From the IMG/VR virus record IMGVR_UViG_3300025428_000004, positions 502 through 64,501 of that record: DNA of 64,000 bases. One strand, written 5' to 3'. The notes under the pieces were generated by a model that saw only the letters and a program-made list of their open reading frames with translations, had not been told where the DNA came from and ran no database searches. Position 1 is the first letter of the stretch. Each line of letters starts with the position of its first letter. Origin of the DNA: a virus. Lineage: Duplodnaviria; Caudoviricetes. A program made the position numbers and the translations under genes. This document shows, one piece after another, positions 19,201 through 27,952 of this stretch.

Positions 19201-20718
19201 GATATCTTGAAAACAGTTGGCGGGAAGGGTGGCGAAGAGCCTGCCCCAGAAGCGCCAAAGGTCGAAGAGAAACAAACCGACACTGGTACGTTTGAGGCAG
19301 GCGCAAATGAGCCGCCTCCTGGCACGCGTCCTAACATGGAGCCTGGTCAAGCTGACAAGCTGAAGACGGCTAACAAGCGGTACGGTGAATATGCGCAGAC
19401 GTACAAGAATGGCCAGGTACGCGATGTCTTGAAGACGACCGGTTTCAAGGATCAGTATTCCGTTCAGGATTCGGCTGTCGCGGGTCGCGCTGTAAAGCCT
19501 GGCGATACAGGACTCGAAACAGCGACGCGTTTCTTGAAAGCGGCAAAGAATGGCGAAGGCGCAGTCAGCGCGATGAAAGAGGCTGTGCTTAACAAGTTCC
19601 GTGATCTCGTAAAGCCTGACGGTACGATGGACGCCAGGAAATTCGCCACAGTGCGTAAAAGTTTTGATGGCGCAATACAGGCGATCGACAAGGTTTCGCC
19701 TGGTTTTGCGCAGTCATTGGAGAATCCGGCAAAAGCGGCTGAGTCTATGGCGGCGTTTTGCAAGAATAGAAAAGAGGCGCTCGATGCTCTGCAAAAAGAG
19801 GCGGCGTCCAAGTTCCTTGGCCTGCATGATCCTGTCGAGATCGAGAATGCTGTCGGCAAGCTCATCGACGGACAAAGCGTCACGCGCGTACGCGATGTCG
19901 TAAAAGACCTGCCTCCAGATGCAGTTGAAGGCATGCGCAAGGCGGCAGTCGATTGGATCCTGCGCGCTAAGACAAATGTTGCGCGTCCTGGCGTTGGCGA
20001 GACGCGCGCGCTGTCGTACGCAAAGCTTGATACGATGCTGAAGAACAAGCGTCCGATGCTTGAGGCGATATTTACGCCAGAGCAAATGTCAGTGCTAGAT
20101 AACGTCAATCGCGATCTGATGCTGTCGGACAGATCTGTCCAGGCGACAAAAGATCGTACCAATACCTCTGGATCTGGTCGCGCTGCGGCTGATCATCTGA
20201 AGGCCGCTGGATCTGATATCGCAAACATGACCGTTGGCGGTATTCTCTATGCAAGCGTCGCAGAAGGATTCCATACGGGTGGATTGTTTGGCGCATTAAA
20301 GATCGGCGTACCGGCAGCCCTTGTAAAGCTGGGCATGAAGATGCGTGCAAGCGGCATGCAATCCGTCAATGACGTCGTCAAGCAGGCAATGCTCGATCCA
20401 GAGTTCGCGCGTGAATTGCTGAACAAGGTGCCGGTTAGAAACCAGGAAATTCCGCAAGGCTGGGCAGATAAAATCCAGAACGCAATACACCGGACAATCT
20501 ATCGGTCGTACTTAAGCGGCGTTCCTGTTATGCAGGACGAACAGCGTAAAGCGCGCGCAACGGGTGGTAGAATCGGTCGTTCTGCAATGACGCCTGACCA
20601 GTTGATCACGGCGCTAGAGCGTACGCGTAAAGATCAGCAAAAAAGCACGGAAGTCATTCTTAGCAAGCCAGACGCAACGGTCGTTCGGGCTCTCGATATA
20701 GCAAGTCAACAACTCTGA
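16282..20718 (+). CDS. Giant polyvalent/ejection protein with DdrB-like ParB domain
   Basis: PQELQPRDR...GAPVVGPDGVVESGNGRSMAI (about 18120-19170); otherwise helical. Confidence 0.75.
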   Translation: MTEVLSDDQLLSLEKPKADVSFAPEESAPAQKSEILSDDQLMALHAQHRPEEAPQGILTRTEDDGYGSGALKGAATATIHGLSSIPGTAGNIRDFGRYGADRAVGAITGATPEEIEKKRIKGYDEDLADWIGEKTGFRPRMPNTETFAAPIEEKTGRYDPDTVGGKIAQGALEAGIGAMGPGSGVLKAGAKAGPAIAETIAPKAAALNMLGGGAGAGVTDITGDPLYGFGASVLSGGAAHAGEAGFNKFGKPIKAQFSKGARDAQAAEQLLGYAHDPEALKQSLVFGDAQGPVKDQIVPGSPLTLGQRYGDTGILQAERSFRSDPEFGSEINKRESQQNEARHQALADVPKDTAVTTDLPNAVRDRHTTITQRYEQAEAALYERAQREMAALGERADPSEIGQRLREDIQKSRDAEKKDIDKLYDEVDPNGDMSLLTSPVQKARDAILADKGAFTEHSPELTGVLNRLENLQDVHTFKDVRDLDRLLSEKMSAERRANGETTSWRHLAALKGATKEAINKAIENQIAWENAAVKEGKLRPEDTLEGRLGQSDPRAAAAGEAAASAGEGDESVRQTAGGDRPVPPASGNSRQEGSGPGNVNGGAGLSQKVPTGGHKVYYPGGNVDVQHQVVDLNDLTISHNSDFTENPKFPQELQPRDRSGKPAQDQVLHYTNNLNPDQLGISAEANTGAPVVGPDGVVESGNGRSMAIRNNYAKGDPRGYRKWLESQGYDTTGIKNPVLIARRTSELTPSQREYFTQNANSKTGLAMNAVEQGAADAKFLTPEVLSKLEMGDVNSAANAAFVNEVMSKLPVNERGDFGTSDGKLSQSGVQRLKAAIMSRAFGSDDIVRRGFESTDNNIRNVTGALSDIAGPWAQMRAAAEAGHIAPNHDVTKELIDAVHKIMRARDEGRPVSEVIKQKDMFGGDTPELVAKLLFNGDRVAGRQAIAERLQRYAVEALKNESGPGLFGDTVTPDDILKTVGGKGGEEPAPEAPKVEEKQTDTGTFEAGANEPPPGTRPNMEPGQADKLKTANKRYGEYAQTYKNGQVRDVLKTTGFKDQYSVQDSAVAGRAVKPGDTGLETATRFLKAAKNGEGAVSAMKEAVLNKFRDLVKPDGTMDARKFATVRKSFDGAIQAIDKVSPGFAQSLENPAKAAESMAAFCKNRKEALDALQKEAASKFLGLHDPVEIENAVGKLIDGQSVTRVRDVVKDLPPDAVEGMRKAAVDWILRAKTNVARPGVGETRALSYAKLDTMLKNKRPMLEAIFTPEQMSVLDNVNRDLMLSDRSVQATKDRTNTSGSGRAAADHLKAAGSDIANMTVGGILYASVAEGFHTGGLFGALKIGVPAALVKLGMKMRASGMQSVNDVVKQAMLDPEFARELLNKVPVRNQEIPQGWADKIQNAIHRTIYRSYLSGVPVMQDEQRKARATGGRIGRSAMTPDQLITALERTRKDQQKSTEVILSKPDATVVRALDIASQQL
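17912..18151 (+). CDS. Putative nested small gene (79 aa) in +1 frame of the polyvalent protein gene
   Basis: AGAGGA SD + TTG; helical charged sequence; host frame here is low-complexity with many GGA codons. Confidence 0.5.
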   Translation: MKDDLDNLTLELPLPERPLQVLERVMNRYDRPPEEIALFLQRLEIRGKKEADLEMLMAVRDYRKKYQPVGIRFTTQVEM

Positions 20719-20725
20719 GGCTGTC

Positions 20726-21811
20726 ATGGCAACTACACAGAATATCGGACTAAACCTTCCTCCGTATAACAGCACGAACTGGAACACGCCTCTTAACAGT
20801 AACAGCTCGATCCTCGATGCCGTATTGGGATCGACTCTCAACGTCAATTTCTACGGCTACGATGCGGTACTATCTCCCTCGCAGCTCCAATACATGCGCT
20901 TTAATCTGACGGGTAACATTGGTGGCGGCAGCTATTACCTCGTTATACCAAACAACATTGGTGGTCGCTGGATCGTCTCAAACAACACAACGGCGTCAGG
21001 CGGCAATATCTACGTCCGAACAGCCAATTACTCGAATAAGCCGATCCTGGTTCCAACGGGCGGCTCTGACCTGCTTTTCTCCGACGGCAAGAATATCTAC
21101 TCGGCCGTCTCTGGATCTGAAAATTTCTACCTGCCTTTAACTGGTGGCGAGATCACGGGCGGCCTGCAAGTAGACAAGGATATCGTCTGCAATGGGTCTG
21201 CTTCTGTCGCGGGTAACTTTAGCGTACCAAATGGCCTGACGATCCTTGATAACGTAAAGATCAACGGCCTCATCGACTTTTCTGGATCAGGCGGTTTGTC
21301 AGTTCAAACCCTTGGCGTTGGTACGGCTCCTGTCGGCACCGCTGTGATGGCCGTCTACGGCAATTCGCAGCATAACGGCGACATGAATATAACCAGCGGC
21401 AATATCAACCTGTCTCTGGGGAATCTGTCGGTTCAAAATAACCAGGCGGTCAACACGATTAACGGTCAGACCTCGTTCCCATCTGGGTCAGTCGTCAACC
21501 ATGCAGTTGGCTCGACTGTAAACCTAAATGGCGGTACGGTCGTCAACGGTACGTCCTCGATCCGTTTTGTGCCGCCGATCAATGGCGCTGGCATGATCCG
21601 CAATGATGCTGCAAACCATATCGGATTTTATGCCGACAATAACCTTGCTGTCGGGGCGTACCTCGATGTCACCAACGGCAAGTTCCATGCGACCGGCGGC
21701 GTCAGCGTACCGGTTGATGGCGAGACCGTCGATCTCGGCGCTTTTATCGCAGAGCTGCGTGCAGAAATTTCGTCGTTAAAGGCAAAGCTGGCTGCCAGGC
21801 CAGATGTATAA
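20726..21811 (+). CDS. Tail fibre/needle protein
   Basis: W..PLN.N..ILD N-terminus, YLPLTGG..TG motif, beta-repeats, C-terminal coiled coil. Confidence 0.65.
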   Translation: MATTQNIGLNLPPYNSTNWNTPLNSNSSILDAVLGSTLNVNFYGYDAVLSPSQLQYMRFNLTGNIGGGSYYLVIPNNIGGRWIVSNNTTASGGNIYVRTANYSNKPILVPTGGSDLLFSDGKNIYSAVSGSENFYLPLTGGEITGGLQVDKDIVCNGSASVAGNFSVPNGLTILDNVKINGLIDFSGSGGLSVQTLGVGTAPVGTAVMAVYGNSQHNGDMNITSGNINLSLGNLSVQNNQAVNTINGQTSFPSGSVVNHAVGSTVNLNGGTVVNGTSSIRFVPPINGAGMIRNDAANHIGFYADNNLAVGAYLDVTNGKFHATGGVSVPVDGETVDLGAFIAELRAEISSLKAKLAARPDV

Positions 21812-21985
21812 GTCTGTGCTTTCTTTGGCGTCGTTAAATTGCAGCTTTCCGGCGACGTAGACCATGCCGCGCTGCTTATCTGGCGAGGCGTGGAAGTGAT
21901 TAACAATCCTGTCGCACAGTGAGGTGTCATCCATATACCAGCCACAGATAAAATTGTCGGCTGCATTTACTTCGTGTTCGCGCAT
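21776..21985 (-). pseudogene. Truncated N-terminus of a 2OG-Fe(II) oxygenase
   Basis: GAGG SD + MREHEV..NFICGWY.DD.SLCD.IVNHF...KESTD; ends after about 69 aa without catalytic HxD/H. Confidence 0.5.
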
Positions 21986-22002
21986 GTAAGCCTCAAAAAA
22001 CA

Positions 22003-22197
22003 TTGTAACAGCGTTTGAAAAATCCCTTAAAAAACAATAGCGCGTTTATCGACCTTGTAACAAGGAATCCGTTGATTTTACTGGTGTATGTGACTTCATT
22101 CGGCCGCACCAAACAGAGATTTGAGCCTCGTAAGTCATTGGATTTGCGAGGCTTTTTCTTGACCTTGTAACAATAGCCTAGCGCCTTGTAACAGCGT
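22003..22197. other. attP site: core TCGGCCGCACCA (22100-22111, tRNA 3' end) flanked by four arm-type repeats
   Basis: TTGTAACA at 22003, 22055, 22165, 22186; core ends in CCA; lies next to the integrase 3' end. Confidence 0.75.
22124..22160 (+). terminator. Rho-independent terminator downstream of tRNA-like core
   Basis: agcctcgtaagtc-attg-gatttgcgaggct hairpin followed by ttttctt. Confidence 0.7.
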
Positions 22198-22201
22198 CTG
22201 T

Positions 22202-23227
22202 TCAGTTTGCGTTCTTTAGCTTGGCTGCGGCGTTATCTGCAAGACGCTCACGATCAGCCTTCTCTGTATAGCGTGACGCCATGCTATGACCTGTCCATCC
22301 AAAGACGGCGTTCAGCTCTGGAATAGTGGCTCCAGCATGTGCAAGGCGTGTTGCTGCGGCCTTCCTCAGACCATGTCCATTGCCGTCGATGCCAGCCTCT
22401 TTCGCTATGTTGTGAAACCATGTCCCGATAGCTTCTTTGCGCATTGGCTGACCGTTTCTGTGGCTGGCGATAAAAGCGAGATCACCCGTCTTGGATTGGG
22501 CAATAACGTCCAGTAGCGCCTGTGGGACGGGTAGGCTCACGACCGTGCCTGTCTTCTCTGTGGTGATCTTTAGCCTGCCATGCCGGATATGCTGCTTGCC
22601 TAGCTTTGCTACGTCGCCACGGCGCAATCCAGTGTTTAGGAATATCTCGAAGCACAGACGTTCGCGTGTGCCTATCGGCCAATGCTTCTGGAAGGCTGTT
22701 ACGTCTTCCTCTGTCCACATACGGAATCCTTCCGTCTTAGGACGCTTTAGGTTCTTAACTCCGGCTGTGGGATCGCTTTCGACATGCTGTGCATCAACAG
22801 CCCATCTGAACAGACCTCTCATGGCGTCTAGGAAATTGTTTGCCTCGCTAGGCGTTGCCTTCTTTGCCTCGCGGGTATCGACGATGAGCTGACGGTCTAC
22901 GTCGCCAAAGGATAGCTTTGGGTTGGCGGTCAGTATGCGATGGAAGATATTATCTCGCTGGCGGCGGGTAGAGTTGGATAATTCCAGCCAAGCGGTTGTC
23001 TCGCGGTATCTGTCCAACAACCATCTCAAAGATCCAGTAGGTTCTCGGATTGTCTTTTGCTCGGATCTGTGACCTTGCGCTGCCGCCTCGTAGTTTGACC
23101 AGAATTCGCGTGAGCCGTAGTCGCCTTTAATTCGGATCTGCTTGGCGGGACGCTTCCAGTAATACCAGAGCGTCTGTCCCTTCCAGCCTTTGCGTTTAAT
23201 CAGATACGGAGGCCTGGGCTTTTCCAT
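22202..23227 (-). CDS. int: Tyrosine integrase
   Basis: TGLRRGD, K(TEKT), HGLRKA, GW...RY catalytic set. Confidence 0.95.
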   Translation of the reverse strand: MEKPRPPYLIKRKGWKGQTLWYYWKRPAKQIRIKGDYGSREFWSNYEAAAQGHRSEQKTIREPTGSLRWLLDRYRETTAWLELSNSTRRQRDNIFHRILTANPKLSFGDVDRQLIVDTREAKKATPSEANNFLDAMRGLFRWAVDAQHVESDPTAGVKNLKRPKTEGFRMWTEEDVTAFQKHWPIGTRERLCFEIFLNTGLRRGDVAKLGKQHIRHGRLKITTEKTGTVVSLPVPQALLDVIAQSKTGDLAFIASHRNGQPMRKEAIGTWFHNIAKEAGIDGNGHGLRKAAATRLAHAGATIPELNAVFGWTGHSMASRYTEKADRERLADNAAAKLKNAN

Positions 23228-23406
23228 CAGAATAATGTCTTCGGTCGGGTTGCCTTTGGAGTGCTTACCGTAACATTCGTAGCTGGAACAAGTCGAATCG
23301 TTCCGTCCTTTGCTATCTCAACGGCCATAGGCGCACCTGTCTGCATGACCGCTCGGATAGCCCTAGCGACATCAGATTGCTTGAATGCGGCTGGCCCTTT
23401 AGACAC
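23227..23406 (-). CDS. Putative excisionase-like protein
   Basis: MSKGPAAFKQSDVARAIRA, small ORF coupled to the integrase start. Confidence 0.6.
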   Translation of the reverse strand: MSKGPAAFKQSDVARAIRAVMQTGAPMAVEIAKDGTIRLVPATNVTVSTPKATRPKTLF

Positions 23407-23872
23407 GATGAGACCCCACAAACTTTTTTATAGGGGACGTATATTTGAACCATTCACCGTGAATTCTGAGCCGTTCAAATTTCTTGTGCAACTGCAACTC
23501 ATCACGTTGCGTTCCTTCTATGGTCGCTACCAAAGTCAGAATTTTAGGGCTGCCTATTTGCAGAGTTGCCAGCCTTTTATTGACGTTTTTGCTAAAACCA
23601 ATTTTAACCAGCTTTCCGTCACTAATAAAGTATATGTGGCCTCTTGTAGCGGTAGGATGGTATCCTGTTTCGCTTTCATGCTCTTGGTTCATACAATGCG
23701 CGGCATGAGCCTCATAAGCCTCTCTTACGTTTATCTTGATGTCATCAATCTCTGCCATAAGCTTCCGGCGTCTGTTTTCCTGAACCGTCCCAGAAAGCTT
23801 TAGCTCCGCTATCATTAGACGAGCCCTTTCTTGCGAAAGCTTTGCCCTAGACTGATATTTTTCCATATCCAT
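23399..23872 (-). CDS. T5orf172/GIY-YIG family nuclease
   Basis: IYFI...VKIGFS..V..RL..LQ.GSP...E..LH..F...R..GEWF. Confidence 0.85.
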   Translation of the reverse strand: MDMEKYQSRAKLSQERARLMIAELKLSGTVQENRRRKLMAEIDDIKINVREAYEAHAAHCMNQEHESETGYHPTATRGHIYFISDGKLVKIGFSKNVNKRLATLQIGSPKILTLVATIEGTQRDELQLHKKFERLRIHGEWFKYTSPIKKFVGSHRV

Positions 23873-23898
23873 AATCAGGTGCCTGTGATTAGCGGGGA

Positions 23899-24300
23899 TT
23901 ATTCAAACATTGCTCGCGGCGGCAGTGACGCCTTTTGTATGCGTGCTGTTTTGCGGCTGCTAGGAAAGCCCCTGGAGTGAATCTTCTGCTTCGGCGCTTC
24001 GATCCCCAGGTGCTTCATCTTTTGGCGCTTGGCTTTTGCGATCTTCGCCACGTCGCCCTGAGAGCCATGCGTTTTTGAGTGCGCACACTGGACATGCACG
24101 GGAGCGCGATTGCTGAGATCGTTTGTACCACCCAGCCCCAGCGGGATAATATGCTCGTCGATAAACGGTTCCCCTGCTTTGATCTTCATCCCGCATAGCG
24201 CACAAATCCCTTTGTGGACCTCAAACAGCTTTAACCTCTGCGTCGGCGTCAGCGGCTTGCGTTTTGTTGTGGTGACATCAGTCGTCAAGGCTGATCTCAT
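23899..24300 (-). CDS. HNH endonuclease
   Basis: CALC...DEHIIPL.LGG.N..SN...H..C...KT. Confidence 0.85.
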   Translation of the reverse strand: MRSALTTDVTTTKRKPLTPTQRLKLFEVHKGICALCGMKIKAGEPFIDEHIIPLGLGGTNDLSNRAPVHVQCAHSKTHGSQGDVAKIAKAKRQKMKHLGIEAPKQKIHSRGFPSSRKTARIQKASLPPRAMFE

Positions 24301-24655
24301 GCTCTGCGCAAAATGCAACGATCATCTCTAGCAGCTCCGACATCTCTGCTTTGGTCAATGCACTAGTGGAGTGTCTGTTCCCGACAAAGACAATACCGCC
24401 ATGTATTCCCGGTACAGACATATTGCCCCAGAGCGAGTTGACGAAAATGTCTTTCCAGGCGTGCTCGTCGAATTTATTGCCGCTCCATGTGACCTCTTTG
24501 GCGATCTTGCGCAGGTACGGCCAAAGCAAGTCGTTCTGATCGCGCGTGCGTCGGTTAGGGCGCTTAAACGCGACAGAGATTCCTGGAGTGGCCTTTTGGA
24601 TCCACCCCAGGACTGTTTGCCTATTATCGTTCGTGATCTGAACCCAATTAGGCAT
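24278..24655 (-). CDS. ninB: NinB-like recombination protein
   Basis: RT.DQN..LW..L..IA, W.D.F, STS.L.K.EMSELLE.I.AF. Confidence 0.8.
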   Translation of the reverse strand: MPNWVQITNDNRQTVLGWIQKATPGISVAFKRPNRRTRDQNDLLWPYLRKIAKEVTWSGNKFDEHAWKDIFVNSLWGNMSVPGIHGGIVFVGNRHSTSALTKAEMSELLEMIVAFCAEHEISLDD

Positions 24656-24663
24656 GGCTCACC

Positions 24664-24909
24664 TCAAAATGGAATCTCATCCGAGAGCTGTTCAGACAAC
24701 GGCGCATTGCTTTTTGCTTGCTGACCGTCTTTGCGTTTTAGCGCCAGTGAGAAAAACTTGGAGCCATCGGCCTTGCGTTCTTTCACCCAGGCATCGAGCC
24801 AGTATTCGACGCCTTCGACATTAATGTTGCCGGAAAACTCGGAAGACTTTTCAGACCGTCTTTTGGTGTTCCGCGACAGTATTCCGGTGTTCGTGTTGTC
24901 GTACGCCAT
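24664..24909 (-). CDS. Small ssDNA-binding-like protein
   Basis: F.G.I.V.G.EY.LDAW; SSB-like acidic tail DEIPF. Confidence 0.6.
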   Translation of the reverse strand: MAYDNTNTGILSRNTKRRSEKSSEFSGNINVEGVEYWLDAWVKERKADGSKFFSLALKRKDGQQAKSNAPLSEQLSDEIPF

Positions 24910-25156
24910 TCTTATTTCTCCTTAGTTGTTCTGCCTTGGCTTTGTATTTTTCTCGCAGCGTGTCCTTGTCTTCCGTGTGCAAACGAAAGACCTCCTTCGA
25001 GTTGTAATCAAACCATTGCTTAAGCTCCTGTGTGTCCTTGGCCATGTCGAGCGCGAATTCCAGGATCAACAAGATTACTTTCGATGTCTCGCTATCAACC
25101 GGCTCGTTGGAGTCTCTGTCGTAGGGTGGTGGTGAGTGTTTCAAGTTCGCTGACAA
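24851..25156 (-). CDS. Helical protein resembling the C-terminal domain of the upstream SSAP
   Basis: ILEFALD.AKD..EL.QWF..N aligns by eye with ILFFEID.INC..EL.NWG.N of 25724-26341. Confidence 0.45.
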   Translation of the reverse strand: MSANLKHSPPPYDRDSNEPVDSETSKVILLILEFALDMAKDTQELKQWFDYNSKEVFRLHTEDKDTLREKYKAKAEQLRRNKNGVRQHEHRNTVAEHQKTV

Positions 25157-25727
25157 ATTTTGTTACCTCGTCTTCTAGGCGTTTCACGAAAGCATCGTCA
25201 CGCGGTACGCGCTTCACCCACATGCGGCCTTCTGGTGGCATCTTCTCGCAGTACGATATGAAGTCGCACCATTTACGTTCTGGCATGCAGGCGAATTGCC
25301 AATGGATTTGTACGAGATATTCAGGCGGTACGGTCTCGGACAGCATGTATTCGACATGCGTCTTCAACTGCGGCGACTTGATCTCGATTAGTCCATCTGG
25401 CGGTACGAGGCCGTCAGGCGATGCGCCGGAGTGTGGGATCGTGGGATGATCCACGAATTCGATTTGCTCAACATCGACATCGTTCTCCAGGGCGTATGTC
25501 GTGCGCGCATATGGCTCTTGCCTGGTGCCATCAGCCATAAACTGATTGACGAAGAATGCAGTGGGCTCCTGCGTTATTTCTTCGATGGCCAGCTCATGCA
25601 TCAGGTTGGCGCGCGACGCCTTGTATTTCCCCCTGGAGTCGAGATCGACGATTGCAAAGATGCGGCTGGCAGTCGCTTTACCGACTCGTCGCATCTTCCA
25701 TTGCCTGTGTCCTTGTACAGCCATCAC
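25095..25727 (-). CDS. YqaJ/lambda-type exonuclease
   Basis: R.GK.TASR, G..QEP.AR, GASPDGL, IEIK.P, Y..Q. Confidence 0.9.
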   Translation of the reverse strand: MMAVQGHRQWKMRRVGKATASRIFAIVDLDSRGKYKASRANLMHELAIEEITQEPTAFFVNQFMADGTRQEPYARTTYALENDVDVEQIEFVDHPTIPHSGASPDGLVPPDGLIEIKSPQLKTHVEYMLSETVPPEYLVQIHWQFACMPERKWCDFISYCEKMPPEGRMWVKRVPRDDAFVKRLEDEVTKFVSELETLTTTLRQRLQRAG

Positions 25728-26341
25728 GCAGCCTGCTTCAGGTCGGCTTTGCGCTTGCTGAAATAGACGCGGACCTCTTTCTGGTGCTCTTCTGTCAGCC
25801 CGGCAATTGTTGCTGCGCTATTCTTGCCCCAATTCATCAGCTCGTTAGGGCAGTTAATGGCGTCGATCTCAAAGAAAAGGATCTCACGCATTGACTGAGA
25901 CTCGTCCTCTGTCGCTGCGTCTACCGCTGGCTCTTTCTGCGTGACAGTAACAACAACATCACGGAAAGCGTCTGCTTCTTCTTCAGAGTAGATCTCGCCA
26001 TGCAGACCAAGAAGCTTTAGCGTCACTCTGTCAACGGCTCGCTTCTCTGCCATTGAAAAGCAATATGCGTTCTTATTGTTCTTTGGGCTTGCCTCACCAA
26101 AAGACCAAACAGACTGATCACCCAAGTAACCCGTCACGCAAACAACCGCGACATCTTTCAGCGCGTCTGCCTGTATGATCACGGGAGGGTCAAATCTAAT
26201 CCCTGCCTTAGCAGCCATTTGTTCAATGGCTCTGTGGTATGCCACTATCGTCCCGTGGCAATTCCAAACTGCCTCGCGTGGATTGTCGTGATACTTTTCC
26301 AATATTTTCAACAAACGCGGGTCGATATTGTTACGCGACAT
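25724..26341 (-). CDS. Putative single-strand annealing protein
   Basis: SFGEA...N.Y..SMAEKRA.DR..LKL.G...YSEEEAD; adjacent to exonuclease. Confidence 0.6.
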   Translation of the reverse strand: MSRNNIDPRLLKILEKYHDNPREAVWNCHGTIVAYHRAIEQMAAKAGIRFDPPVIIQADALKDVAVVCVTGYLGDQSVWSFGEASPKNNKNAYCFSMAEKRAVDRVTLKLLGLHGEIYSEEEADAFRDVVVTVTQKEPAVDAATEDESQSMREILFFEIDAINCPNELMNWGKNSAATIAGLTEEHQKEVRVYFSKRKADLKQAA

Positions 26342-26771
26342 TTTTCTTCCTCCATTCCTTCATGTGCATTCGCATGCACGCTTTGCACGTCCTCCAACCA
26401 TTGGCTCTTATGCGAGTATTTTCTGGTGAAAACTCATGCCCACGGCTGCAATGCGTTTTTTTGGAATTACGGTCCATTAACGGGCTGCGGCGTAAATTTT
26501 CACCGCGAGTCACTGGTTCTAAATGTGCCGGATTTATGCAGCGAGTATTCCTGCATAAATGATCCAGATCGTGATCTGGATTTACAGGACCGCATTCGAG
26601 TTGGTATCGAACACGGTGCGCTTTCTGCATACGACCTTCATAATAAATACTGCCGTATTTTCCCGCTGAAAGAGCACCTGTCCAATTGTGACAGCCAGTA
26701 AACGGGTCAACAACGAAGCGGCTATAAATACGCTCCTCTATTGTCCCGCGTGGATCAAGTTGACGTGCCAT
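26331..26771 (-). CDS. HNH homing endonuclease
   Basis: GCHNWTG..YG..KAHR..DHLCRN..CINP.HLE.VT..EN; KTHC.RGH zinc domain. Confidence 0.9.
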   Translation of the reverse strand: MARQLDPRGTIEERIYSRFVVDPFTGCHNWTGALSAGKYGSIYYEGRMQKAHRVRYQLECGPVNPDHDLDHLCRNTRCINPAHLEPVTRGENLRRSPLMDRNSKKTHCSRGHEFSPENTRIRANGWRTCKACMRMHMKEWRKKNVA

Positions 26772-26773
26772 GA

Positions 26774-27442
26774 CTATGCTTTCCTCTTCATGCGAATGAT
26801 GTCGTCGAATTTATCTGGTACGGGCGGAGACGCCTCTGTCGGCGGCTCTGGGAAAACCAGACTCTTTTCTTTCTGCTTAAAGATGTCGAAGGCCTGGGAG
26901 TATCGAAGCTTAAGCGCCTCGTCCTGAACACGGTCAGGATGCAAGCAGACTAAGATCTTCTTGTACTCGTCGCGCGTCAGGGCATATGTATCGGTACGCC
27001 AATTGCGCTGCATTTCTTCGGCATAGTTTATCTTTTTACGCCATGCTGGGAGCATGTATGTTTCGACAAGCTCTTTTGCCTTTGCGCTGACAGCGTCGTT
27101 GAATTGCGCCTGCATTTCTCGGACCTGCTTACGCAAGGCAATGTCGAATTTATCGCGCCATGATTTCGGCAAGTCTTCTGGCTGGCATACAGCCTCGTCC
27201 TTTGCCTTCTCGATAGCGGCTTCGACAGCTTTCCTGGTGTTCTCTTCAGCAAGAAGCTTGTGACGGATGGAGTAAACGACATCGCTGGCGACGCTGGCTT
27301 TTACGCTCCCGTGCCGGTTGATAACGTCGCGGCCGTTCTTTGGAAGCGGTATGCCTTCTTCCCTGAACTGACGCAGCATTTCATTAGCGATGACATCTGC
27401 GCTACGCAGTTTCTCATCTGGTTTGACTGATTTGTCGGTCAT
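26774..27442 (-). CDS. Hypothetical protein with C-terminal J-domain-like HPD motif
   Basis: EYKKILVCLHPDR...AFDIF; GGAG SD. Confidence 0.55.
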   Translation of the reverse strand: MTDKSVKPDEKLRSADVIANEMLRQFREEGIPLPKNGRDVINRHGSVKASVASDVVYSIRHKLLAEENTRKAVEAAIEKAKDEAVCQPEDLPKSWRDKFDIALRKQVREMQAQFNDAVSAKAKELVETYMLPAWRKKINYAEEMQRNWRTDTYALTRDEYKKILVCLHPDRVQDEALKLRYSQAFDIFKQKEKSLVFPEPPTEASPPVPDKFDDIIRMKRKA

Positions 27443-27493
27443 GGTTGTGCTCCGGCGGGGAATGGGTGACGCGCAATACGTCACCCGTTAATG

Positions 27494-27880
27494 TTACTCA
27501 GCCGCTTGGGTTGGAGCACTCAGGGCATTAGATGCTTGCATAGCCGCAAAGATACGGCGACGTACAACCATATATGCGTGACGTAGCTGACGACGTGTGG
27601 CTTTTGCCGCAAGTGGATAGTCAGCCGGATATTTCTGCGAATATTCACGCAGAATTGTCACGACACCTTCGATATTGTCTTTGATAGAACCTTCTACAGC
27701 GTCCGCATCGTTGTCAGCGCCGATCAAGTTACGCAACTCGTCATAACCATCGTATGCTTTTGTCACGCAAGACTGTACCTCATCGGTCAGCATCTTAGGC
27801 TTTTGGGCAAACAGCGCAGCAAAAGCGGCGGAGTTCGATGGCATGTTCACAAGATTAAGCGTAGCTACATTATTAGACAT
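27494..27880 (-). CDS. Hypothetical protein
   Basis: Strong AAGGAG SD, 128-aa ORF. Confidence 0.7.
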   Translation of the reverse strand: MSNNVATLNLVNMPSNSAAFAALFAQKPKMLTDEVQSCVTKAYDGYDELRNLIGADNDADAVEGSIKDNIEGVVTILREYSQKYPADYPLAAKATRRQLRHAYMVVRRRIFAAMQASNALSAPTQAAE

Positions 27881-27952
27881 ATTACTCTCCTTATGTGCAA
27901 TGGCCGAGCCATTAGTGGGGCGTCATTGCCCAATAAGCGCACGCGAATGCGC

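Noticed and set aside
22100-22111. tRNA gene
   Set aside because: Only the last 12 nt resemble a tRNA; no T-arm or cloverleaf, so treated as the att core.
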